In this document: in pieces, positions 17,321 to 26,707 of the stretch
Layout: each line of letters begins with the position of its first letter
How positions within the stretch are numbered: the stretch's first letter is position 1
From: Gammaproteobacteria bacterium
GTDB taxonomy: Bacteria > Pseudomonadota > Gammaproteobacteria > UBA9339
Assembly (NCBI GenBank): GCA_023135155.1
Contig: JAGLTR010000029.1
Coordinates: 1-44,384 of the forward strand
DNA length: 44,384 nt
Direction: 5' to 3'
Notes under the pieces: generated by a model
The model's database searches: none
Seen by the model: the letters and a program-made list of their open reading frames with translations, nothing else
Told to the model about the DNA's origin: nothing
Made by a program: the position numbers and the translations under genes

Positions 17321-18630
17321 GTACAGAATGGAAGTGGAAGCGACTGGTAGAGGCAAGTTATTTTACCATAGCGGTTATTATCATAAGTTTTGTGGCTCGA
17401 TATGGCGTTAATGTTCTTCTAGCGAACCACTTGAAAGCCGAGGCGTATGGCGATTATGCCGCCATGATTAATGTGGTGTTTTTTGCTGGCACAGTGTTGC
17501 TGCTAGGTTCAGATGAGGCGGCGTTGCGGTTTATTCCTGAGTATGTATATAAGCGCGACTGGGCGCGGGTTTCTGGATATATTAAACATCACTTAAAACT
17601 TATTTTATTGATCAGTGTCGTTGTTGTTACTGTTATGTTTTTAATTGCGACAGTGTTGTATTTGTTGAGTCGTGTAGGCGTAGGTACGTTTTTTGATTAT
17701 CATCCTATTTTATTTGCGATATGGTTTGCGCCGATGTTTGCGCTCATTGTGTTTCAGGCGAAATTATTGCGTAGTTTGCATAAGGTTGCATGGTCTTTAT
17801 TGACGTTTAAAATATTGCCGTTTTTATTGATGGCGTTCGGTATTTTTCTTTTTACCTCCAAAGGCTCTATTTTAACAATGTATCAAGCGCTCATGGTGTA
17901 TGGTACTGGTCTGTTTGTAGTTGTTATTACGCAGTTTATTTTGCTTTTGGCGGCGCTACCGTACGAAGTGGATTTTAGTCAGGCTGAATATCAAAAGCGT
18001 AAATGGTTTGCGGTGTCTACAGCTATAATGTTCGCGAGCCTAATTTTTGCTGGCGTAACGACTGTGGATTTACTATTACTAGAGTTGCTAGGGCCGAATG
18101 AGGCGCAAGTTGGTATTTTAGCTGCAGTATTAACTATTAGTAGTGGTGTTTTAACGATGCCGCTAGCATTAAATGCGGTTATTGCTCAGCGTGTTCGTGT
18201 GTTGGTACGACGCCAAAATCATGTGTACCTACAGAAATATGCTAATATTTGTAATTATATTATTGTACCGCCAATTATCTTGGTAGCCATTGCGATCATT
18301 GTTTATGGGAAAGCGCTTTTAGGACATTTCGGCCAAGCTTTTGTAGCCGGATATGATGTTCTGATTTTTGTGATATTGATTCTTGGTATATTATCAATGT
18401 TGACCGCTTTTGGTCGACCATTGTTGCAGTATTCAGGGCGACATAGGCAGTTAGTATATGCGAATGTGGTTGCGCTAATTGTTATGGTGGTAGTTGATAT
18501 TGTTACTATGCCGTTTTACGGTATTTATGGTGCTGTGTTAAGTATGATATTGTCACGTTTGATTGTTGCAGTTTGGGTGTTATGGGCAAGTAGAAAACTG
18601 TTGCATATTCGTGCGTTTCTACTAATTTAG
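17317..18630 (+). CDS. polytopic membrane protein, Wzx-like oligosaccharide flippase (MOP superfamily)
   Basis: ~12 predicted TM helices. The N-terminal pattern ([17 protein letters not shown]...[11 protein letters not shown]) is typical of polysaccharide-biosynthesis flippases. The start overlaps the trmJ stop (ATGA). Confidence 0.6.
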
Positions 18631-18640
18631 AGATGATATT

Positions 18641-19789
18641 ATGAAGTTACCAATTTATTTTGACTACATGGCGACCACTCCAGTTGATCCGCGGGTGAAA
18701 GAGAAGATGGATCAATATTTAACTTTTGATGGTTGTTTTGGTAATCCGGCATCGAGTACGCATAGTTATGGCTGGTGTGCGCGTGAAGCTGTTGAGTTGG
18801 CTCGTGCACAAGTTGCGGATTTAATTAATGCAGATGGTCGTGAAATAGTTTGGACCTCGGGTGCAACGGAGGCGAATAATCTGGCAGTAAAAGGTGCGGC
18901 GCAATTTTATCAGCGCAAGGGTAAGCACATTGTCACATGTAAAACCGAGCATAAAGCGGTTTTAGATGTTTGTTGTTGTTTGGAGGCGCAGGGCTTTGAG
19001 GTGACTTATTTAACTCCCGAGAAGAGTGGTTTAATTGCTTTAGATAAATTAGAAGCGGCGTTGCGACCTGACACAATATTAGTTTCGATAATGATGGTGA
19101 ATAATGAAACGGGTGTGATTCAAGATGTGCAAGCGATTGGTGAATTAGTGAAACCTAAGGGTATAGTTTTTCATGTTGATGCGGCACAAGCAGCAGGCAA
19201 AGTGGCGATTGACGTCGCAAAAATTCCGGCTGATCTGATGTCTTTTTCGGCACATAAAGCCTATGGGCCGAAAGGAGTAGGGGCTTTATATGTGCGACAT
19301 CAGCCGCGTATTCGTTTAGCTGAACAGATTCATGGCGGCGGGCACGAGTTTGGTATGCGTTCTGGAACGTTAGCAACGCATCAAATTGCAGGCATGGGTG
19401 AGGCTTTTCGTATTTTGAAAGAAGAGGGCGAGAGAAACTGCGCGCGCGTAAGAAAATTGCGCGATAAATTATTGGCTGGATTAGAGCTATTGGGAGATAT
19501 TCACATTAATGGTGATATGCAAGAGCGTGTTGCTAATAATTTAAATGTGAGTTTTATAGGTGTGCGTGGTGCTGATCTTTTGCCTGAGATAAAAGATTTA
19601 GCGGTTTCTACCGGTTCTGCATGTAATTCTACTAATGTTAGTGCGTCACATGTTTTAGCCGCGCTTGGGTTGAGTAATGCTTTAGCATTAAGCACAATTC
19701 GTTTTTCATTGGGAAATTACACTACGGAAGATGATGTTGATTATGCGATTAATTGTGTTACAACAGCGGTTAAGAAATTGCGAGGATAG
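18641..19789 (+). CDS. iscS: cysteine desulfurase, IscS/NifS family
   Basis: [29 protein letters not shown]-lysine motif [17 protein letters not shown], and active-site region STGSACNS. Confidence 0.9.
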   Translation: MKLPIYFDYMATTPVDPRVKEKMDQYLTFDGCFGNPASSTHSYGWCAREAVELARAQVADLINADGREIVWTSGATEANNLAVKGAAQFYQRKGKHIVTCKTEHKAVLDVCCCLEAQGFEVTYLTPEKSGLIALDKLEAALRPDTILVSIMMVNNETGVIQDVQAIGELVKPKGIVFHVDAAQAAGKVAIDVAKIPADLMSFSAHKAYGPKGVGALYVRHQPRIRLAEQIHGGGHEFGMRSGTLATHQIAGMGEAFRILKEEGERNCARVRKLRDKLLAGLELLGDIHINGDMQERVANNLNVSFIGVRGADLLPEIKDLAVSTGSACNSTNVSASHVLAALGLSNALALSTIRFSLGNYTTEDDVDYAINCVTTAVKKLRG

Positions 19790-19794
19790 TGATA

Positions 19795-20337
19795 ATGAAA
19801 GCTGAAAGAATAAAGGCCTTTTTTGCTGTTGCAATTCCTGATGCAATTCAAGAGCAGTTAGTGGTGGTTATGGAGCAGCTACAGCCAAGATCGCTCGGTG
19901 TTGATTGGATCCCGCCTGAAAAGATGCATATCACGATGCGTTTCTTGGGGAATATTGCACCTGATTATAGCGAGATGGCTGAACAGGCAGCGGCTGCTAT
20001 TGCAAAAATACCACCATTTTCTGTGCAATTGCACTCGCTAGTTTTGTTTCCCTCGCCTCAAAACCCTAGGATATTGGTGGTTAAACCAGAGTCATATATA
20101 GAGCTTTTGCGTGCTAATTTAGTTATTGAAAAGGCCGTACAAACTTTTGAGGTAAAGCGTCGGCAGCGTGCATATGTGCCACATGTGACGCTTGGTCGCC
20201 TTGCTGAAGACTATTATCTACCTAGCCTTGATATTAGTTTGCCTGAGATGGAGCTTTCAGTGGAAGAGATTACTTTTTTTCAAAGTGTCGATGGAGTTTA
20301 TATGCCGCTTGTTCGTTGTCCTTTAATGCGCGTATAA
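19795..20337 (+). CDS. thpR: RNA 2',3'-cyclic phosphodiesterase ThpR/LigT (2H phosphoesterase)
   Basis: Two H-x-T-x motifs (HITMRFLG and HVTLGRL), ~180 aa. The ATG at 19795 lies 8 nt after GAGGA. Confidence 0.8.
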   Translation: MKAERIKAFFAVAIPDAIQEQLVVVMEQLQPRSLGVDWIPPEKMHITMRFLGNIAPDYSEMAEQAAAAIAKIPPFSVQLHSLVLFPSPQNPRILVVKPESYIELLRANLVIEKAVQTFEVKRRQRAYVPHVTLGRLAEDYYLPSLDISLPEMELSVEEITFFQSVDGVYMPLVRCPLMRV

Positions 20338-20375
20338 TAACGTTTTCGTAATTAATCTATAAAGGAAAATGGACT

Positions 20376-21812
20376 ATGGATAAAGCAACCAACTATTCTT
20401 ATATTCTAACTTTATCAACTATTGCTGCGATCGCTGGTCTTTTATTTGGTTTTGATACTGGCATTATTTCTGGGGCGCTGCAGTTTATTACGCGTAGTTT
20501 CCATATCGTTGTGCCCGCGACACAGCATGCATTAAATGTTCCGGAATATTCTCTATTAGGATTATGTAACATTACTGGTGTTACTTTGCAGGAGTTTATT
20601 GTTTCTGCAGTGCCAGCTGGCGCATTAATTGGTGCGATTGTTAGTAGTTATGCCGCGCATTTTTTAGGGCGTAAGGGTGGTATTATTGCTACGGCTATCT
20701 TGTTTATTATTGGCACATTGTTTGCTGCAGTTTCTCCAGATTATAATCTGTTAATAGTTGGCCGCTTGATTATGGGTTTTGCGGTTGGTCTGTCGGCTAT
20801 GGTTGTGCCGATGTATCTTTCCGAAGTGGCGCCACCTGAGATTCGTGGAGCTGTGGTGTTTTTGTATCAGATGGCGATTACTATCGGTATTTTAGCCGCC
20901 TTTGTTGTGAACTATTTATTCCATATGAGTGGTAATTGGCGTGCGATGTTTGTAGTTGGTCTTATCCCTGCTGCGTTTTTGGCTATTGGTATGTTGTTTT
21001 TGCCTGAGAGTCCACGTTGGTTGATTCTGCGTGGGCGCAATAAAGAGGCGGAAGAGAATCTGCATAAATTACGTGGTGAGGCGCGAATTAATAGAGAACT
21101 GAAGGAGATAAAGCAGAGCGTAGCGCATGCAACAGGTGGTTTGAAATTGCTGTTTTCGAAAACCTTGCGGCCATTGGTAATTATTGCTTTTGGGTTATTT
21201 GTGTTCCAGCAGTTTACTGGTATTAATACAATTTTATATTACGCACCAACGCTGTTTAAGGCTGCGGGTTTTTATAGTGATTCGGGACAGATTCTTGCTT
21301 TGGTAGCAACTGGTGCAATTAATGTTTGTGCAACGTTCTTTGGTATTTGGTTTGTTGATCGTATGGGTCGACGTAAATTGTTATATATTGGTTTAATAGG
21401 TATCGTTTTGTGTCAGTTAACTATGGGTGCTGCTTATCATCATCTATTAGGTGCAGATCCAAAATGGATCACCCTGTCTGCAGCTCTTATGTTGATCGTA
21501 TTTTTCGCTATTAGTATTAGTGGTATTGCATATATTATGATGTCAGAGCTGTTCCCATTAAATGTTCGTGGCGTTGGTATGTCGGTTGCTAGTTGCGCAA
21601 ACTGGGGTTTTAATATGCTGGTTTCGGCATCATTTTTGACTTTGGTGCATGTCTTTGGATTTGGTAATTCATACTGGTTATACGCTGGCTTAACTTTCTT
21701 AGGGTTAATATTTGTTTTCGCTTTAGTGCCAGAAACCAAGAATCGTTCGCTTGAGCATATAGAAAAGAATTTATATGCCGGCGTGCGTTCGCGCGACCTA
21801 GGAAACGATTAA
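20376..21812 (+). CDS. MFS sugar porter family transporter
   Basis: 12 TM helices. Signatures GFDTGIISGAL, GRKGG, PESPRWL, GRRKLL, PETKNRSLEHIE. Confidence 0.9.
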   Translation: MDKATNYSYILTLSTIAAIAGLLFGFDTGIISGALQFITRSFHIVVPATQHALNVPEYSLLGLCNITGVTLQEFIVSAVPAGALIGAIVSSYAAHFLGRKGGIIATAILFIIGTLFAAVSPDYNLLIVGRLIMGFAVGLSAMVVPMYLSEVAPPEIRGAVVFLYQMAITIGILAAFVVNYLFHMSGNWRAMFVVGLIPAAFLAIGMLFLPESPRWLILRGRNKEAEENLHKLRGEARINRELKEIKQSVAHATGGLKLLFSKTLRPLVIIAFGLFVFQQFTGINTILYYAPTLFKAAGFYSDSGQILALVATGAINVCATFFGIWFVDRMGRRKLLYIGLIGIVLCQLTMGAAYHHLLGADPKWITLSAALMLIVFFAISISGIAYIMMSELFPLNVRGVGMSVASCANWGFNMLVSASFLTLVHVFGFGNSYWLYAGLTFLGLIFVFALVPETKNRSLEHIEKNLYAGVRSRDLGND

Positions 21813-21844
21813 ATAACATCGTAATAACTGTATTGTTCTTAAAC

Positions 21845-21873
21845 GTAGAGACGTCCAACCTGGGCGTCTCTAC
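21845..21873. repeat. family-A hairpin (single, full termini)
   Basis: gtagagacgtccaacctgggcgtctctac, 33 nt after the transporter stop. Confidence 0.9.
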
Positions 21874-21933
21874 GCGCTGTATTTTTGTCTTTGATCTCGT
21901 TACAATAAGCCTTACTCATTGTGATTGTTTAGC

Positions 21934-22025
21934 GTCATTCCGCGGCTCGAACGCGGAATCCACAGGGTGTTTAGAATATTGCACACGGCGTGTGCTATTG
22001 GATCCCGTATCAAGTACGGGATGAC
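21934..22025. repeat. family-C composite element (two hairpins, 92 bp)
   Basis: GTCATTCCGCGG-ctcgaa-CGCGGAATCC ... gcacacggcgtgtgc ... GGATCCCGTAtcaagTACGGGATGAC. Terminal inverted repeats are GTCATTCC / GGGATGAC. Same architecture as 33888-33968. Confidence 0.85.
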
Positions 22026-22076
22026 GGGGATGGTGAATAGTTACCTCTCATTTTTACCGCAATACGGAGATTATTG

Positions 22077-23507
22077 ATGAAAAGATATTTTGCCTTGTTC
22101 CTATTCTTCTGGAGTTCCTTGATTTTCGCAGCTGTGGTTACAGTAAGAGTGCCGGCAGCGTTCATGTATAAGTATGCGAAGAGTGACTCGCCAGTAGTAT
22201 CACAGACAATCTATGCAACCCAAGCGACAGTTGTTTCGAAAAAACGTGGTTGGACAAAAATCCGAACGCCGGACCATTATTTGGGCTGGGTGAAAAATCG
22301 TAATCTTTATCGTGGTGCTAAGCCGCTTGCCAAGCACACCGCAGAAGTAATAAATCTGTTCGCAAATATTTATCGTGAACCTAATGAAGGTTTGCATCGC
22401 ATTATTATGGCGGTGCCTTTCTCCACAGAACTGCCGCTTGTGCAAAGTGCCGATGCTCGGTTTCTACAGGTGCGTCTAGTTGGTGGTGGCGTTGGTTATG
22501 TTTTTCGAGGCGATGTGAAGGTTGATCCAAAACCTCTAACTCTTGAAGAGATGTTGCAGGTTAGTCGCAAGTTTATTGGTGTGCCGTACACTTGGGGTGG
22601 TGTTACTAGTTTCGGTATTGATTGTTCGGCGTTTATCCAGATGCTGTTCAAACAGATGGGAGTTGTGTTGCCACGCGATACCGGTATTCAGGCATCGTGG
22701 AAAGGTTTTGTGAAAGTAAACAAAAACGATTTACAGCCTGGTGACGTCGTGTTTTTTGGACAGGATGGCAATATTAATCATGTTGGATTGTATCTTGGTA
22801 ACGATGAATTTATTAATGCTACAACTTATAAAAACCCAATTGTACAAATTGGTAAAATTAGTGATTCACATTGGCAGAAACATTTTGTTACAGCGCGACG
22901 CTTGAAAAGTATCGATGTCGGTAACGGTGGCTATTTCGCTACAATTACCCCGTTACCAGATAAGGTTAAGGCGCAGATGCAAAAATATACTTGGCGGCAA
23001 GGTTGTCCGGTTGCGTTAAATGATCTGGCATATTTGAAGTTGCAATATTGGGGCTATGATAATAAATCACATGTTGGTGCATTGATTGTAAATAAATATT
23101 TAGCCAAAGAGGTGCGCGGTATTTTTCAAGATTTATATGTGCATAAATTTCCAATCCAGAGCATGAAGCCGATGTATATGTATAAAGGTAATGATGATGC
23201 ATCGATGGTGAAAAATAATACCGCAGCATTTAACTGTCGCAAGATGACTGATTTTAAAAATCAATATTCAGTGCATAGTTATGGTGGCGCGATTGATATT
23301 AATCCGCTCGTGAATCCATATGTTTTCGGTGATAATATCCAGCCAAAACAGGGTAAAAAATATGTAGATCGTAGCGTGCCATTCAAAGGTAAAACTACAA
23401 ACGATAGCTTTATTGTAAAAGATTTTACCAAGCACGGTTGGGTATGGGGCGGTTCATGGCCAAACATGAAAGATTACCAACATTTCGAAAAACCATTGAA
23501 TAATTAA
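22077..23507 (+). CDS. secreted bifunctional cell-wall hydrolase: SH3-like region, NlpC/P60 (C40) peptidase and M15 zinc peptidase domain
   Basis: Signal peptide. NlpC/P60 motifs YTWGGVTSFGIDCSAFIQ and NHVGLYLGNDEFINA. C-terminal M15 motifs SVHSYGGAIDIN and WPNMKDYQHFE (H/D/H zinc ligands). The ATG at 22077 follows GGAGA. Confidence 0.75.
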   Translation: MKRYFALFLFFWSSLIFAAVVTVRVPAAFMYKYAKSDSPVVSQTIYATQATVVSKKRGWTKIRTPDHYLGWVKNRNLYRGAKPLAKHTAEVINLFANIYREPNEGLHRIIMAVPFSTELPLVQSADARFLQVRLVGGGVGYVFRGDVKVDPKPLTLEEMLQVSRKFIGVPYTWGGVTSFGIDCSAFIQMLFKQMGVVLPRDTGIQASWKGFVKVNKNDLQPGDVVFFGQDGNINHVGLYLGNDEFINATTYKNPIVQIGKISDSHWQKHFVTARRLKSIDVGNGGYFATITPLPDKVKAQMQKYTWRQGCPVALNDLAYLKLQYWGYDNKSHVGALIVNKYLAKEVRGIFQDLYVHKFPIQSMKPMYMYKGNDDASMVKNNTAAFNCRKMTDFKNQYSVHSYGGAIDINPLVNPYVFGDNIQPKQGKKYVDRSVPFKGKTTNDSFIVKDFTKHGWVWGGSWPNMKDYQHFEKPLNN

Positions 23508-23521
23508 AATTAAATAAAAGC

Positions 23522-23585
23522 GTAGAGACGCCCAACCTGGGCGTCTTTTTGAAATTTATAAGACGCCCAAGTTGGGCGTCTCTAC
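23522..23585. repeat. family-A twin-hairpin element (64 bp)
   Basis: gtagagacgcccaacctgggcgtcttttt-gaaatttata-agacgcccaagttgggcgtctctac. It starts 15 nt after the hydrolase stop. Confidence 0.9.
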
Positions 23586-23600
23586 GAACGGGAAACAAAA

Positions 23601-24179
23601 ATGAAAATTCTAACGATAATGGCCAGCCCAAGAAGAGATGGTAACAGCGAACTCTTGTACCGTGAATTCATACGCGGAGCTCGCGAGTCAGGAGCTGAAG
23701 TCGACGAAGTCATTCTCTGCGATAAAAAAATCGGTCCATGCATCGAGTGCTACGGCTGTGAAAAGGATGGACGCTGTGTGCTCAAAGATGATTTTGATGA
23801 GCTTTATGACAAATTAGAAACATGCGATAGCCTATTTATCGCTATGCCAATATTCTTTTATGCTATGCCATCGCATTTAAAAGCTTTAATTGATCGTTGT
23901 CAGGCATTCTTTGTGCGTAAACATTTCTTACGCAATCCTATCTTGCCGAAAGATGCGCCACGCAAACCAGTATATTTAATTTCGGTAGCTGGCACCAAAG
24001 GCGAGAAGATCTTCGAACCGACACTGGCAATATTCCACTATTTCTTCGAGTGTTTAGATATGGAATTAACAGAGAAGTTGTTTTATAAAAGAATTGATAA
24101 AAAGGGCGAGGTTCTCGAGCACCCGGACAAATTGCAAGCTGCTTATGCGATGGGTTTGCAGGCTGGGAAGGATATGTAG
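23601..24179 (+). CDS. flavodoxin-like NAD(P)H-dependent FMN reductase / iron-sulfur flavoprotein family
   Basis: MKILTIMASPRRDGNSELL N-terminus and Cys cluster CIECYGCEKDGRC, 192 aa. The stop TAG (24177-24179) lies inside a family-A hairpin. Confidence 0.7.
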   Translation: MKILTIMASPRRDGNSELLYREFIRGARESGAEVDEVILCDKKIGPCIECYGCEKDGRCVLKDDFDELYDKLETCDSLFIAMPIFFYAMPSHLKALIDRCQAFFVRKHFLRNPILPKDAPRKPVYLISVAGTKGEKIFEPTLAIFHYFFECLDMELTEKLFYKRIDKKGEVLEHPDKLQAAYAMGLQAGKDM

Positions 24180-24200
24180 AGACGCGATTTATCGCGTCTT
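24176..24200. repeat. family-A hairpin, CGAT-variant (opposite orientation to 11484)
   Basis: gtagagacgcgatttatcgcgtctt. The loop TTT here versus AAA at 11484 indicates an inverted copy. Confidence 0.85.
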
Positions 24201-24206
24201 TAATAA

Positions 24207-24248
24207 CAAAAGAGCCAAGACTAAAAGTATTAGCTTGGCTCTTTTTTG
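24207..24248. terminator. bidirectional rho-independent terminator between convergent genes
   Basis: acaaaAGAGCCAAGactaaaagtattagCTTGGCTCTttttt: a 9-bp stem with an A-run upstream and a T-run downstream. Confidence 0.7.
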
Positions 24249-24266
24249 ATTTAGATGGTTGAAGTG

Positions 24267-24932
24267 TTAATTCATGCCTAAGTTTGGTGGAGTGCTATCA
24301 GGTTCAGCACCATCCTGAGGAGCGTTAATAGGAAGCCCTATTAGAGGATCATTTTCATCGAAATCAGAAGTGCGGGCACCTTCCTCTTCAGACGAAGTTG
24401 CGGATTCTACGTCCGGTTCTTTAGTGCCCAATTGTTTCTGCATCAAATAATAAGTGCCTTTAACTAAAGCTTTGCTTGGCTCATACCCTAGACCCAGAGT
24501 ATTTAGTATTGCCATAGTAAGGCTTGCATATTGTGCTGCGGTTAAAGTGCTTTCTAGTTGTGGTGCTAGAAGGCCCAGACCTCTTACTACTGCTGTTAGG
24601 CAAGTTAGTGACCAGGCGCCATTAAGACCAGCAAAAACACCTTTCTTGATTTCACCTTTGCGAAAATGCGTTGCAGCGGCAGGTACATTGGTTGTGGCTA
24701 GACTGTAAAATGCCAGTAAGAAAGCTGGTGGCGGGTTGCCTCTATTATTCATAGCCATAATTGCGCCAGTCGTTGCAGCGATTGAGCCTGCTGCTGCAAT
24801 GATTTCTGGAGTAATGCTTTCACCACTCTTTAATTTTGAGCCGATTGTGATAGCAGTGTTAGCAACTTTTGATGCTTCTGCTGTTGCCAATCCGCAAAAT
24901 ACTATAGTAGAAAATACTGTTGTAGTTGCCAA
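24267..24932 (-). CDS. hypothetical hydrophobic (A/G/T-rich) protein with acidic, Pro-rich C-terminal tail; orphan
   Basis: ORF of 221 codons with a TTG start (the first ATG is at codon ~59, so the start is uncertain). It has 4-5 Ala/Gly/Thr-rich hydrophobic stretches followed by KEPDVESATSSEEEGARTSDFDENDPLIGLPINAPQDGAEPDSTPP. No family recognised. Confidence 0.5.
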   Translation of the reverse strand: MATTTVFSTIVFCGLATAEASKVANTAITIGSKLKSGESITPEIIAAAGSIAATTGAIMAMNNRGNPPPAFLLAFYSLATTNVPAAATHFRKGEIKKGVFAGLNGAWSLTCLTAVVRGLGLLAPQLESTLTAAQYASLTMAILNTLGLGYEPSKALVKGTYYLMQKQLGTKEPDVESATSSEEEGARTSDFDENDPLIGLPINAPQDGAEPDSTPPNLGMN

Positions 24933-25007
24933 TTGTAGTATGAGGTTTGGGATTTATTCTTAAGAGAAACTTAAATTAACCGAAATATTTTATTATTTGT
25001 TATGATT

Positions 25008-26495
25008 TCAAAGTACAGGTGTTAACAAGGAACAAAGGTTCTCTAATAATTGTCTTGGTAGCTTTTTTTTTAGGACGCTTTTGATTTTTATCTCTTCTGA
25101 TTGCGCAAGTTCGTGTTCGAACTGTTTGCGTAGTTCGTTAATGAAATCGCCATCGGTGGCAACGAAATCTAATTCATAATTTAAACGGAAGCTGCGGATG
25201 TCACAATTGCTTGAACCCATAATCGCCCATTTATTATCAATTAACATCGCTTTGGCGTGCGAAAAGATACCGGTTTTTTCGAGAATCGTGATGCGGTTTA
25301 AGAGGAGGTTTCGGTAAATGCTGCGGGAGGCAAATTGTGCATACCAGTGGTTATTGTTTTTTGGCACGATAACACGGATATCAATACCTCTGGCTGAAGC
25401 CATGGTTAGGGCTTTGATGAAGGCTTTATCGGGTGTGAAATACGGCGTCATAATCCAGAGAGATTTTTTGGCGGTGACAATAGCGCTCATAAGTGCCTTT
25501 TCAGTCGCGGCGTAGTTTTGCCCAGGACCTGAGTCAACAGCGCGCACAATAGTATCGCCTTGTGGTGTAAGTTTTGGAAAGTGTTGTTCGGTAAACAGTT
25601 GCGAAATGGGTGCGCCAGTAGTGTAGTGCCAGTCACGTAAAAATGACATTTGTAAGCTGCTAACCGCAGGGCCATGTAATATGCAGTGTAGATCGTGAAT
25701 ATATTTGTCTTTATTGCAGACGCGAATGTCATTATCGCTGCTAATATTAATGCCGCCAATAAAGGCGATATTGCCATCGACGACGAGTAGTTTGCGGTGA
25801 TTTCTTAACTGCACGCGCCATGGTGTGAATAGGTTAATAAAGGCAAATGGGTGCAGCTGGAAATTAGGATTCTCTTTTTTATATTTAGCGAAGAAGTGTG
25901 AAAAGATTGATTTTAAGCTGCCAAACTTATCATAGAGTATTTTTACTTTTACGCCGTCATTAGCTTTTTTAACCAAAGCATCGAGTATCTCTTTACCGAT
26001 TATATCGCCATGAATAATAAAGGATTGCAGATGAATAGTCTCCTTAGCGTTTTTAATGGCTTGTAACATTTTCGGATATGCGGTAGTGCCGTTGCGCAGT
26101 AGTTCGAGTTTGTTGCCAATTAGTGCTTGAGTTTTCGGGAGTAATCTATCGAGTGTTTTATGGTGTGAGAGCGGGTCGTTATCTTCTTTTTTATTGTGAT
26201 AAATGTATTGTTCTCGTTCGCTGAAAATTTGTTTGATAATTTTACTGACTTGTTCGTGTTGTGCATGATCAATACGTTCATTGGCGAGTTCAATTTTAAG
26301 ACCTAAAGTTTTAATGCGATTGATTCCGAAAAATAGATATAGAATCACGCCGAAGATAGGGAAGCTAAAGACAATAAAGAACCACAGCACAGCACTAGTG
26401 GGTTCTTCATTTTTAGTCATGAGAATGTGAATCGCGATTAATATATCGATAACTAAAAGGACGAGAAATGCGAGTGTTGTTTCTAAAGCTGCCAT
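25008..26495 (-). CDS. cls: cardiolipin synthase (PLD superfamily)
   Basis: Two N-terminal TM helices and two HKD motifs (HRKLLVVDGNIAFIGGINIS and HAKAMLIDNKWAIMGSSNCD). Confidence 0.92.
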   Translation of the reverse strand: MAALETTLAFLVLLVIDILIAIHILMTKNEEPTSAVLWFFIVFSFPIFGVILYLFFGINRIKTLGLKIELANERIDHAQHEQVSKIIKQIFSEREQYIYHNKKEDNDPLSHHKTLDRLLPKTQALIGNKLELLRNGTTAYPKMLQAIKNAKETIHLQSFIIHGDIIGKEILDALVKKANDGVKVKILYDKFGSLKSIFSHFFAKYKKENPNFQLHPFAFINLFTPWRVQLRNHRKLLVVDGNIAFIGGINISSDNDIRVCNKDKYIHDLHCILHGPAVSSLQMSFLRDWHYTTGAPISQLFTEQHFPKLTPQGDTIVRAVDSGPGQNYAATEKALMSAIVTAKKSLWIMTPYFTPDKAFIKALTMASARGIDIRVIVPKNNNHWYAQFASRSIYRNLLLNRITILEKTGIFSHAKAMLIDNKWAIMGSSNCDIRSFRLNYELDFVATDGDFINELRKQFEHELAQSEEIKIKSVLKKKLPRQLLENLCSLLTPVL

Positions 26496-26707
26496 AGGCT
26501 TATTGTAACAGGTTGAGGGTCGCTTATGCGAGCTTCAACATACGCAAAGCAGGCTGGTCTACTTGGTCTGTGAAGCGTTATACAATATGTCATGCTAGTT
26601 TCTTGCTGTGCATCATTTTTCTGCTTGCAATAGCCCCCAATCAGCGTTTGGTTGACCTGGCATAGTTAATCTTTTATCCTCGCGCTTTCACTTAGGAGGA
26701 CTTGATC

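Noticed and set aside
21833-22024. 63-aa ORF in the track (…VETSNLGVST…SFRGSNAESTG…), and the similar 67-aa ORF at 37140-37343.
   Set aside because: Both lie entirely within family-A, -B and -C palindromic elements. The 'proteins' are just translations of hairpin repeats, with no SD and no coherent composition.
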